Assembly: GCF_036365525.1 (NCBI RefSeq)
Contig: NC_090405.1
Span: 49,161,749-49,225,748, forward strand
Reading direction: 5' to 3'
Length of the DNA: 64,000 nt
Source of the DNA: Heterodontus francisci
Lineage: Eukaryota
Numbering within the stretch: position 1 is the stretch's first letter; every line of letters starts with the position of its first letter. Of this stretch, positions 1 to 12,239 are shown in pieces. The position numbers were made by a program, and so were the translations under genes. The notes beneath the pieces were generated by a model. It worked only from the letters and a program-made list of their open reading frames with translations, had not been told where the DNA came from and searched no databases.

Positions 1-1213
1 CCAGCTCCCTTTTATTGATGCTCTTGTGGTACTAAAAACATTGATCGCTTCAAACACTATCCCATCTCGCCTATCGATTTTCTACTGTTTGACCATGTAA
101 CCTGACCGCTGACAGCCCACTCTGAGGATCCGCTTTCCCAATAATCATTACTGCGCCCTCGCTTCAACGGGGGAAAGTTTAGCAGTGCCTTAGCTGTTTA
201 GTCCTTGGATGCCGAGGCAAAACATTCAAGCCAAGCTACAGCTAACAGTGGAAAAATACCCTACAAGACCAAACATTACGGTGCAATATACACAAGGCCA
301 GCAGGAAATAACTGTGTAAGTCGCAGGTTTTCAAAATGGGGTCTGCCAACCTTAGGTGGTCACGAGGAGGTACCGAGGCTGTCCCAAAGGGTCTTTGACA
401 ATTCACTATTCTATTTGTCCGTATTTGTTGACCTACTTGCATGTCATTTCTGCTTTGGTGTATTAATAATAATTTTTCTAAATTGATAAGGCACCCAAGA
501 AAAACGGTCCTGACACTGTCTTCCAGAAATTAGGGCTTTCCAGGACTGTGACAAGATCTGCAGCAAGGTCCCCACACAGAAATGTCTGAAAACCACCAGC
601 GTAAGTAGCACGCTCTCCTAAAAATGGCCTATTCCATGCAATGATTGAAGGTGGAGGACTCACAGGATGATGCAGCAGTTGAATTCCTTTACTTTTCATC
701 CCCGATGTAGAACACTCCACAACTAAGGGCTTCCCAAAGTACCCACATCTAAGTAGACACCTGAAAACATTTCTTTAAATATCATCTACCTAATTATAAT
801 TATAAAAAGAGACATTAAAGAATACTTACTGGGAAAACTGCTATTTTCTAAGCGCTGAGAATTCTTCAGTGTGTTGTTCAATAGATTTTAAACTGGACCG
901 TTTATAATATAATAACTTTTGCAGAAGGAGGAGGAGAATGGCGCAGTGGGTGAGATGATTAGAAATTCCAATCCTAGCTAGACTGCAACTTGCCCTCTAT
1001 AATAGGAAATATGTTCCTGTCCGAGAACTTGTCCAACTCCCTGTTGAAGGGCTGTGGGGAACCCAGGCTCACCACATGCTTCAATAATCTACGTGACAAA
1101 TAAATACTTTCCAAGCTATTAATTGAATCCTTAGCTAAAAATTGTAAACATATGTCCCATATTCCTACCATCCCTAACCATCTCAAACAGCCTATCCAAC
1201 TGGACAGAACGTA

Positions 1214-1940
1214 GTCATAGAGTTATACAGCACAGAAACAGGATCTTTGGCCCATCGCGTCCATGTTGGCCATCAAGCACCTATCTATTCTAATTCTAAT
1301 TCCATTTTCCAGCACTTGGCCTGTAGCCTTGTATGCTATGGCGTTTCAAGTGCTCATCTAATTACTTCTTAAATGTTGTGAGGGTTCCTGCCTCTACCAC
1401 CTCTTCAGGCAGTGTGTTCCAGATTCCAACCACCCTCTCGATGAAAACATTTTTCCTCAAATCCCCTCTAAACCTCCTGCCCCTTACCTTAAATCTATGC
1501 CCCCTGGTTATTGACACCTCTGCTAAGGGAAAAAGTTTCATCCTATCTACCCTATCAATGCCCCTCATAATTTAGTATACCTCAATCAGGTCTCCCCTCA
1601 GCCTTCTCTGCTCTAAGGAAAACAACCCTAGCCTATCCAGTCTCTCTTCATAGCAGAAATGCTCCAGCCCAGGCAACATCCTGGTGAATCTCCTCTGCAT
1701 CCTCTCCAGTGCAATCACATCCTTCCTATAGTGTGGCGACCAGAACTATACACAGTACTCCAGCTGTGGCCTAACTAGTGTTTTATACAGCTCCATCATA
1801 AGCTCCATGTTCTTATATTCTATGCCTCGGCTAATAAAGGCAAGTATCCCGTATGCCTTCCTAACCACCTTATCTAGCTGTGCTGATGCCTTCAGTGATC
1901 TATGGACAAGTACACCAAGGTCCCTCTGACCCTCTATACT
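1214..1940 (-). mobile_element. CR1-group (HER1-like) LINE, 5'-truncated 3' end
   Basis: Minus-strand ORF2 C-terminal motifs (RDLGV, LYKTLVRPQLEYCV, TRGH, WNTLP) and a 3' tail gggccaaagatcctgtttctgtgctgtataactctatgac that resembles the V-SINE tails in this window. Confidence 0.9.
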
Positions 1941-4900
1941 TCCCTTCATCAATTTAAAAACCTTAATCATACCTCCATTTGGCATGCATTTTACTAATGA
2001 AAATAGTCCCAACCTTTTGAGCCTCTTCGGATAATATCGCACTCAGATTGAACTGCTAAACAATGTCCTGTTCCCAACGACTTAAAATGTTGCCTGGATT
2101 TGAAACAACAACTAGACTAAAGCAACCAGATTCTGTTCAACCTGCCCCTCCATACAAACCAAAATCAGATGCTGGATTTACATTGTGGCCTTGATCACCA
2201 GCAGCTGAAATAGAAAACCGGTGGTGTTCCACAATGGGATGGCAAAGTACCCTTTGGATGTGGTTTGTTCTTAATCCAATGCTGTTAAGCATAAAAGTGA
2301 GCTGCAGCAGAACTACACACAAGCCAAAACCTTGCTGCACTCACCCATGTACAAACTGCCCCCAAAAACCGGGACAGTCCCAACACAGAAATATCAAACT
2401 TGCAACGATGTTATTTCAGTAACTGAGCACCTGAAGGACTGTGCACTTCAGTGTTGTTTCCAATGCTCGGTGTCCCACTTCACAATGTGAGTTACTAGTT
2501 TTTGAATTACAGAATTGTACAGCACAGGAGGTTGCCATTCAGCCAACCGAGTCTGCACCAGTTCTCTCAAAGAGCATTCCAGTTTGTCCTGCTCTCCCAC
2601 TCGTTTCCCATATCCCTACAATATTTTTTCTTCTCTAAATGCTTATAAAATTCACTTTTGCAGAACTACTATCTGGCTGCACCTAGCAACACATTTGATG
2701 ATACCACTGCAGTATCATGCAGCAGTTAAATTCCACCAACACACTGAGCACCATTTCCATCTGGAGTAACTGCTTTTGATATGTGACACTTTTGATTGAC
2801 CTTAAATTTGAAATCTCACTCAATTGCGCTTAATTTGAAAGCTTGAAATACAGTGATAAGGGACAATTGACCAAAACCTGCAACAGTTTGTCTTATTGTG
2901 CATAACACAGTGAACAAGTTTTGTACCATTCCTCCAAAGTGTTTATTGTATTATGTTTTCCAAAAATCCAAATATTAGAAGCCGACCACATGCCCCCCAC
3001 CTTACTTCAAGTTAAAAAGGTTAAATCTCACTGCATCCGTATTGCTTGTTAAAAAGACAGAGAGAATCAAAAGTATGGGGTGCGAAGAAAACTGGAAAAG
3101 CAAGAGACCCCCTTCTAAGTGCCCCAAATCTTAAAAAAAGAACACATTCTGTACCAAAAACTGTCACGCTGTAGAAAGCTTAATATTTTCCCACATTTCT
3201 GAATTCGCTGGATTAACACCTCTGTGTTTTGATGGTACGTTCTTAAAAATATGCAGTGCAATCCAGCTGGTGAAGAAGCGGGGGTGGGGACGGGGTGTAA
3301 ACCTAGCAAACATCAGACTGTATTTATCGTCCAATTCCTCCAACTCCATAAAGGCACCGCAGCGCCAAGAGTCTCAGGCTTGAAAGTAATTTTAAAAATT
3401 TGGGAATGATACTCCCCAGTCAGCACAGGAAATGACTATAACTGAACAGCAAAATCTAAATATCCTGATTAAAACAGTTCTGATGACTGGTTTGAGAAGT
3501 GAAAGATCATACTGATGTAGAAGGGAGCGCTCATCTGAGCCTAGGGATAAAGCACATCTTTGGGGCAGGAAAGATGGAGCACTGCACTGCCTTGGAGAGT
3601 CCAAAGTGCTAACTGGGTCCCCAGGTAGAAAAATACAAAAGGCAAATTTTTTAAAAAAAACTCAAATTACAGACTTTTTAATTACTGAAAGTGTTGCGAC
3701 ATACCTGTATTTTTAAGTTTACTCAAAATAGAAAAATGAAAAGGAAATAAATTGGCTGTGTGTAATTGGTCACGAGTGTTCTGCCAACACCAGCCACATC
3801 AGGACAATTTTAGTAGCTCTTGGGTACCACCTACTGAAAAGGTTTAGTACTACACTATTCTCAGTTACTGAAACACAAACCTCATGACTAATCACTTATG
3901 TTAGTGTTAACCAACAACTTGTACTTATAATAGGGCTTTTAAGATAGTAAAACGTCCCAAGGCGCTTGAGACTCATACCTTCAAAGAACATTTTTCCATT
4001 TGGACTCCCAATATCTCATCATCCCCCACGGCACACCCACCCCAACACAAACGGTCTAGTAACTATACAATTGCATATCTGTCCACAGAATTTACAACAG
4101 CGAATACATTTCAAAAGTTAATTCATTGTCTGTGAAGCACTTTGGCACATCTTAAGTTTGTGAAAGACACTATATATATTTACTTTATTTTTATAAATGC
4201 AAGTTCTTTCTTATATAACAAATTTTATAAGCCTTTTTTTTACATCTTGTTACATCTGGTTTTTATACTTTAAAAATTCTCTGGACAATCATACCATAAT
4301 AAAATTCACACTGTGGCAAAGTATCTGTCTAATCACATTGTAATGGGGAGAGGATAGGGGAATCCAAAGGGAAAGAACGTCAGGGGGGGCAGGGAGACAG
4401 ACAGAAATCACAAAGATTAAATATGTTAGTTTTTTCAATGACTTGTTCTTGTTTTATGAATGGGTGTGTGTATTTAAAATTAGCCAACGTGACAGTTGAA
4501 GCCCTATCCATTCTAATAACTAAAAGAGCTAAACGAACCTTTGAAGCTACAATGTGAAGCCCCTTTGTTTATCTAGCATTACATATGGCAACTAACCATG
4601 ACCATGAGTGTAGTTGGGATACAGAAGATATACGGAAAATCAATTTATTAAAAGCTTACCATCTTCATCTTTACTTTCCAAGGGAACACTCCATGCAATT
4701 AGGTTTCTGGCTGCCCGCCCTTCTTGTGCAACTATCTTCCGGACTTTGTCATGACTGTTGGATCTCTGGAACGAGGCCTAAAAGCAAGAACAATTCAATA
4801 CTGATTAATGCTGCATGGCTGAAAATAAGTTAAGTTAATTCCCCCTAACTGCTCTCCTACTACACACTCAGTGTCCAACATTCTCTGTCCAGAATGTCTT

Positions 4901-5329
4901 TTGTTATATTAAAGGCACTATTTAAGTTGAAGTTGTTTTTAATTCACAGTTCTCCACTACACCAGTATCCTGATTTCTTTCTAGGTTACAAATTCAGTGC
5001 ACATTCCTGCTTATAGGAAAGTTTAAAAGAAAAGTTAGGAAAAAGATAAACTATGAAGCAGAGTATTCATTACTCTTCACACTACACAAAGATGTTTTAT
5101 TCATTCCATTCAAACATAAGATCAAGAGCATAGTGAGGAATGCTGCATTAAGATGTGTCACCCTTCAGTGGATGCTTCTATCCACTGTAACAACTGTTAC
5201 ATATCTATGGTATTACTCAAAGGAGAGAATCCTTTTGGTGTCCTGACTGACCATCTTCACTCAAACACTAAATAAAAATAGATGAATTGGTCATTTACCC
5301 TGCTGCTGTTTACTGCTGGGGTTTTGCTG

Positions 5330-6140
5330 CATTTACTGTTGATGGCACCAGTGTCAAGACTGTAGAAAAATTCTCATACTTTGGTCGTTTGATCTCCAGG
5401 GATGCCACTACTGATGAAGAATATCCGTGCACACATCCAGAAAGCAAACTCTACCTATGGCCAACTCCATGATAACGCCATTCTGCTTCCAAGCATTAAG
5501 CTGAAGACTGAAATCTACCAGGCCATTGTCCTCATCACTCTGCTGTATAGCGCAGAACCCTGGGTCTGCTATAGGCACTACATTAAAGCTCTGAAACACT
5601 TCTAAAGACACCTGTGGTCCATGTTGAGAATTTGATGGCAGAACAAAACAACAACAAGGTCCTCCGCTGTGCTGGGCTCAACAGCATAGAGACCACCCTC
5701 CAGAAAATTCAACTTAGATGGGCAGGCCATGTCACCCACATGATGATTACTGAATCCCCAAGCAGATCTTCTATGGGGAACTGTCTCAACGCAAACAACA
5801 TTAAGGTGGTCAGTACAAAGGATACAAGGATATCCTAAAAAAAAAGCCTTACAAAGTTCAGCATTGCAGACCACCTCTTGGGAAAACACTGCAGCTGACC
5901 GGTAGAGACAAGCACTGAAATTTGATTCAGCACGTTTCAGGAATCATCTACTCCAAGCTCACAATGTCCAACATTCCCAGAGGTGGCACAGCTGTAGAAC
6001 TTCCCCCAAGCACCAACAATATGAAATGCCAGTTCTGTGAACATTGTGCCAATCCAATATTGCACTCTTAGTCATGAGAGGACCCACAGAAAACGATAAA
6101 ATTATTTTACACCTTGGACATACTCAAACAACAAGGGGTC
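5330..6140 (+). mobile_element. Old RTE-clade LINE fragment
   Basis: Frameshifted ORF pieces IYQAIVLITLLYSAEPW and QLRWAGHVTHM, plus a degenerate C-terminal Cys/His finger; typical of the RTE ORF 3' half. Confidence 0.75.
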
Positions 6141-6732
6141 GACTATGACACTGCAACAAAATGGCAGTGTTTGACAACAAAAATTACTTGAAGTAATTCA
6201 AGTGCTAATGCACATTGTTGGACAGGATTAGCATTTTATAAATTCCAATCTCTCTCGCTACTGAAGTCCTCAGAAATGTCAGCAGTTTCTTAGTCTAACA
6301 AAATCTCGCTAAATTTCTCCAGTTCTCATGTGTGTGGATGCTGGAGTTTGCAAAGACAAAGTAGTACTCAGCACATCACTCAACCTCTATTTCAATCTTT
6401 TCTCAACTCCCCTGACTCAGGTTCTGGGAGTGCCCAACATTCTCCACTCAACCATATGGTCACAATTTGGGCGAGAGCTCAAAATGTTAGCAGCAACAAG
6501 CTATCCACCATGAGGGATACCACAGCCAAGTCTGATCCTGTTCTGGTCTGACGTGCTGACATGCAGTTTGAAAGACAGGCAGTGATTGAATGGTAATTCA
6601 GAGTGGAAACCCCGATCAATATTGTTACTCTACCTAGCACATAGTAATTGTATTGTGTCCAATGGAGAGTTGAGATCAACTGACCTCAACAGAAATAAGG
6701 TGGAGTTGGGGAAAATCAAACCCAAAATTTCT

Positions 6733-7065
6733 TTTAATTCATTCTCGGGATGCAAGCATCACTGGCAAGCCCAGCATTCATTACCCATCTCTAATTGCCC
6801 TTGAGAGCGTGGTGGTGAGTTGCCTTCTTGGCAACTGAGTGACTTGTTAAGCTATTTCAGAATACAGTTGAGTCAACCACATTGCTACGGGTCTGGAGTT
6901 ACGTATAGGTCAGACCAGGCAAGGATGGCAGATTCCCTTCCTTAAAGGGCATTAGTGAACCTGATGGGTTTTTACAACAATCCAGTAGTTTCACTGTCAC
7001 CATTACTGATACTGGCTTTTTAATTCTAGATTTATTTAATTAATCGAATTTAAATTCCCAGCTGC
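6733..7065 (-). mobile_element. SINE related to the 8470 element (core plus LINE-derived tail, head truncated)
   Basis: Reverse complement matches about 8555-8765 (core) joined to about 11615-11708 (tail) of the LINE at 8470. Confidence 0.8.
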
Positions 7066-7240
7066 CATGGTTGACTCTTAATTGCCCTCTGAAATGGCTA
7101 AGCAAGCCACTCAATTGTAACAAAAACCACTACAACAACTGCAACATTTCTAGAACCACCACCATCTCAAGTGCAATTAGGGATAGGCAATAAATGCTGG
7201 CCTGGCCAGCAATGCCCACATCCCACGAATGAATAATAAA
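7066..7240 (+). mobile_element. 5'-truncated copy of the same SINE family
   Basis: ggttgactcttaattgccctctgaaatggc...ccactcaattgtaac...ccaccatctcaagtgcaattagggataggcaataaatgctggcc...cccacatcccacgaatgaat. Confidence 0.8.
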
Positions 7241-8078
7241 AAGTAAACTTGTCACTCGAATACTCAACGGCCAGTGATAATGCAGCAGCCCAACAAGCTT
7301 AACATAAGTAATGTCCACTACAAATGTGAGCACTGTCAATTATAAAAGAAGAATTTCAACAGAAAGTGCATGCAAATGAGAGAATTTTAGAATATTAACA
7401 CATATCTTTTCTTCTTTGGCCTCCTTGTCTCGAGAGACAATGGGTAAGCGCCTAGAGGTGGTCAGTGGTATGTAAAATGTTCCTGTAATCTAGTCTGCAC
7501 TATTTTAATAAGAAAAACTTGCAGTAATGTTGTTGCATGGGAAGCGTTTCTACGAAGAACTGTGCAGAGAAAGAGTACAGAAGTGTATCGGTTATTGTCC
7601 CAAACTGGCAACCCAGAAACCATGAACTGAATTCAATAAATTTGGGGTTTGTAGGGTAGAACCAAAATAAAAAGTGACCATGAAAGCTACCAGATTGTCA
7701 TAAAAACTCATCTGATTTACTAGTGTCCTTTAGAAATATGAATCTGTCACCCTACCCAGTCTAGCCTTCGCGTGACACCAGTCCCACACCACACAGTTAA
7801 TTCTGAAAACCCTCCGAAGTGGCTGAGCAAGTGTCAATTGCGACACAATTGCTTCAGGAAAAAGACCCACCTACCACCTTTTCAGGGCAACTAGGAACAA
7901 ACATTAAGTGAAGCCTGGCCAATGAACCATATCCCAAGAAAAAAAATAGAATAAATGATCCTGGAGTGTTCCAAAAACAGTCACAAGCTTGCACTGAATC
8001 AGTGACTGCTTTAACTTAATGCTTGAGGAAGCATTACAATCCTGCAGTGCTCAGTACTTCAAAGTACTCACTTCAGTT

Positions 8079-8144
8079 ATCTTGCAACACTTGTGTGTGG
8101 ATCTTGCAACACTTGTGTGTGGATCTTGCAACACTGGTGTGTGG
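8079..8144. repeat. 22-bp tandem repeat, 3 copies
   Basis: atcttgcaacacttgtgtgtgg at 8079, 8101 and 8123 (one mismatch in the third copy). Confidence 0.95.
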
Positions 8145-8469
8145 AAGTACAGAAGTGTCAATATTTGCATGGGGGCCCTACACAGAAAAGTTTAGGTCAC
8201 TATACAATGAAGGTTCCTAATAAAGGCCATAAGGGGAAATCATATAATCATGCAGCACAGAGGGAGGCTATCCAGTCTCTTGTGTCTGTGCCAGTTCTTT
8301 GAAAAAGCTATACAATTAGTCCCACTCCCTCGCTTTTTGCCCACAGCCCTGAAAATGTTTCCTTTTCAAGTATATATCCAGTTACCTTCCCAGAGGCAAG
8401 TTCCTTTGTCAATGAAGCAGTGACAGAAAAATTAAACAGGCTACCAGCTCACCCTGGGTGGCACATCCT

Positions 8470-11400
8470 GGGGAGGCGGTGGCATAGTGGTATTGTCACT
8501 GGAGTAGTAACCCAGAGTATTGCTCTGGGGACATGGGTTCAAATCCCACCAGAAGGTGGAATTTGAATTCAATTAATAAATCTAGTCTAATGATGGTCAT
8601 GAAACCATTGTCGAATGTTGTAAAAACCCATCTGGTTCACGAATGTCCTTCAGGGAAGGAAATCTGCTGTCCTTACCTGGTCTGGCCTACATGTTACTCC
8701 AGATCCACAGCAATGTGCTTGACTCTTACATGCCCTCTGAAATGGCCTAGCATGCCACTCAGTTGTATCTAACCGCTACAAAGTCAATAAAAAGGAATGA
8801 AACCGGACGGACCACCCGGCATCAACCCAGAAACGACAACGGCAAACCCAGCCCTGTCGACCCTGCAAAGTCCTCCTTACTAACATCTGGGGGCTTGTGC
8901 CAAAGTTGGGAGAGCTGTCCCACAGACTAGCCAAGCAACAGCGTGACACAGTCATACTCACGGAATCATACCTTACAGACAATGTCCCAGACACTGCCAT
9001 CACCATCCCTGGGTATGTCCTGCCCCACCGGCAGGACAGACGCACCAGAGGTGGTGGCACAGTGGTATACAGTCAGGAGGAAGTTGCCCTGGGAGTCCTC
9101 AACATCGACTCTGGACCCCATGAAGATCAAACATGGACAAGGAAACCTCCTGCTGCTTACCACCTACCGCCCTCCCTCAGCTGATATGTCAGTACTCCTC
9201 CATGTTAAACAGCTCTTGGAGGAAGCACAGAGGGTGGCGAGGGCACAAAATGTACTCTGGGTTGAGGACTCCAAAGTCCATCACCAAGAGTGGCTCGGTA
9301 GCACCACTACTGACCGAGCTGGCCAAGTCCTAAAGGATATATCTGCTAGACTGGGTATGTGGCAGGTGGTGAGGCAACCAACAAGAGGGGAAAACATACT
9401 TGACCTCATCCTCACCAATCTGCCTGCCTCAGATGCATCTGTCCATGACAGTATTGGTAGAAATGACCGTCGCACAGTGCTTGTGCAGACGAAGTCCCGC
9501 TTTCACATTGAGGATACCCTCTATCGTGTTGTGTGGCGCTACCACCGTGCTAAATGGGATAGATTTTGAATGGATCTAGCAATGCAAAACTGGGCATACA
9601 TGAGGCGCTGTGGGCCATCAGCAGCAGCAGAACTGTACTCAACCACAATCTGTAACCTCATGGTCTGGCATATCCCCCACTCTACAATTACCATCAAGCC
9701 AGGAGACCAACCCTGGTTCAATGAAGTGCAGGAGGGCATGCCAGGAGCAGCACCAGGCATACCTCAAAATGAGGTGTCAACCTGGTGAAGCTACAACACA
9801 GGACTATCTGCGGGCCAAACTGCGTAAGCAGCATGTGACAGACAGAGCTAAGCGACCCCATAACCAACGGATCAGATCGAATCTCTGCAATCCTGCCACA
9901 TCCAGCCGTGAATGGTGGTGGACAATTAAACAACTAACTGGGAGGAGGTGGCTCCACAAATATCCCCATCCTCAATGATGGGGGAGCCCAGCACATCAGT
10001 GTGAAAGATAAGGCTGAAGCATTTGCAACAGTCTTCAGCCAGAAGTGCCGAGTTGATGATCCATCTCGGCCTCCCCCTGAAGTCCCCAGCATCACAGATG
10101 CCAGACTTCAGCCAATTCGATTCACTCCGCGTGATATCAAGAAACAACTGAAGGCACTGGATACTGCAAAAGCTATGGGCCCTGACAATATTCCGGCAAT
10201 AGTACTGAAAACCTGTGCTCCAGAACTTGCCGCACCCCTAGCCAAGCTGTTCCAGTACAGCTACAACACTGGCATCTACCTTGCAATGTGGAAAATTGTC
10301 AAGGTATGTCCTGTACACAAAATGCAGGACAAGTCCAACCCGGCCAATTACCACCCCATCAGCCTACTCTCAATCATCAGTAAAATGATGGAAGGTGTCA
10401 TCAACAGTGCCAACAAGCAGCACTTGCTTAGCAATAACATGCTCAGTGACGCTCAGTTAGGGTTCCGCCAGGGCCACTCAGCTCCTGACCTCATTACAGC
10501 CTTGGTTCAAACATGGACAAAAGAGCTGAACTCAAGAGGTGAGGTGAGAGTGACTGCCTTTGACATCAAAGCAGCATTTGACCGAGTATGGCATTAAGGA
10601 GCCCTAGCAAAACTGAGGTCAATGGGAATCAGGGGGAAAACCCTCCGCTGGCTGGAATCATAACTAGCGCAAAGGAAGATGGTTGTGGCTGTTGGAGGTC
10701 AATCACCTGAGCTCCAGGACATCACTGCAGGAGTTCCTCAGGGTAGTGTCCTAGGCCCAACCATCTTCAGCTGCTTCATCAATGACCTTCCTTCAATCAT
10801 TAGGTCAGAAGTGGGGATGTTTGCTGATGATTGCACAATGTTCAGCACCGTTCGTGACTCCTCAGATATTGAAGCAGTCCGTGTAGAAATGCAGCAAGAC
10901 CTGGACAATATCCAGGCTTGGGCTATAAGTGGCAAGTAACATTTGTGCCACACAAGTGCCAGGCAATGACCATCTCCAACAAGAGAGAATCTAACCATCT
11001 CCCCTTGACACTCAATGGCATTACCATCGCTGAATCCCCCACTATCAACATCCTAGGGGCTACCATTGACCAGAAACTGAACTAGAGTAGCCATATAAAT
11101 ACTGTGGCTACAAGAGCAGGTCACAGGCTAGGAATCCTGAGGCGAGTAACTCACCTCCTGACTCCCCAAAGCCTGTCCACCATCTACAAGGCACAAGTCA
11201 GGAGTGTGATGGAATACTCTTCACTTGCCTGGATGGGTGTAGCTCCAACAACATTCAAGAAGCTCGACACGATCCAGGACAAAGCAGCCCGCTTGATTGG
11301 CACCCCATCTACAAACTTTCACTCCCTGCACCACCGACGCACAGTGGCAGCAGTGCGTACCATTTATAAGATGCACTGCAGCAATGCACCAAGGCTCCTT

Positions 11401-11708
11401 CGACAGCACATTCCAAACTTGCGACCTCTACCAACTAGAAGGACAAGGGCAGCAAATGCATGGGAACACCATCACCTGCAAGTTCCCCTCCAAGTCACAC
11501 ACCATCCTGACTTGGAACTATATCGCCGTTCCTTCACCACCGTTGGGTCAAAATCCTGGAACTCCCTTCCTAACAGCACTGTGGGTGTACCTTCCCCAAA
11601 TGGACTGCAGCAGTTCAAGAAGGTAACTCACCACCACCTTCTCAAGGGCAATTAGGGATGGGCAATAAATGTTGGCCTGGCCTGCGATGCCCACATCCCA
11701 TGAATGAA
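8470..11708 (+). mobile_element. Near full-length CR1-group LINE (AP endonuclease plus RT, no ORF1) with a tRNA-derived SINE head; inactivated copy
   Basis: A box TGGCATAGTGG 8480-8490; B box GGTTCAAATCC 8536-8546. APE motifs (LLTNIWGL, ILTES, RGGG, YRPP, PTRGENILDL). RT motifs (KAMGPDNI, NYHPISLL, FDIKAAFD, GVPQGSVLGP, FADD) and WNSLP, then a short 3' tail. Several stops and frameshifts. Confidence 0.92.
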
Positions 11709-12239
11709 TTTTTAAAAAACATATGTTTACTTCTCAGTGGTAAGATTAAAAGCGACTTGGAAGAATCCTCTCTTGCTCTTGTTGGTGCAAGACCCGAGAC
11801 AACAACAATCATTCAAGAGGGAGAGAGGGGAGTTTGAAAAGGTGGGGGGGGAGTCAGGAGCAGTGAGACCAGGACACAGCAGACCAAAGGGTGGCGTAAG
11901 AACAATGGAGAAATAAGAAAATGAATGAAATAGGGGAGAAAGGAGAGAGAATGAGATCACAATTGAATATTGGACAGTACAAGAGAAAAGTGTGAAAAAC
12001 ATCGACGGATTGACGACGAGAGAAAGACAGATGACAAATCTGAGCTATTCATCTATGCCTCCTAATTATGTAATAGCAGATGCCTGAAGCAGCCTCCATC
12101 TCTGCAGAATCATGTTGCACACAAAAAATTAAAATCACTGAAAAATATATTCTTTTTAAAAACTCAAATGGAGAGAAGCTGGCTTACTTGTTATTGTTGG
12201 CATCTTTCCATCTATGAAATATGATGGACATGCAGCAAA

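Noticed and set aside
1-420. Mildly CpG-rich unique sequence; considered as a snoRNA or alternative exon
   Set aside because: No convincing C/D or H/ACA architecture, no recognisable peptide, and truncated by the window edge.
824-3360. Isolated minus-strand donor-like sites (829, ~3005) and short ORF MELEELDDKY (3164-3349)
   Set aside because: No coherent acceptor-frame-donor unit and no similarity to SCAPER that I can recognise.
8079-8144. Three 22-bp repeats, superficially CRISPR-like
   Set aside because: No spacers and a eukaryotic context; a plain minisatellite.
8470-8555. tRNA-like sequences here and at the other SINE heads
   Set aside because: They have A and B boxes but continue into SINE cores and lack a complete cloverleaf, so they are not tRNA genes.
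11727-12030. Strongly purine-skewed unique block with short minus-strand ORFs
   Set aside because: Could be a long polypyrimidine tract, but the adjoining splice sites are weak and no peptide is recognisable.
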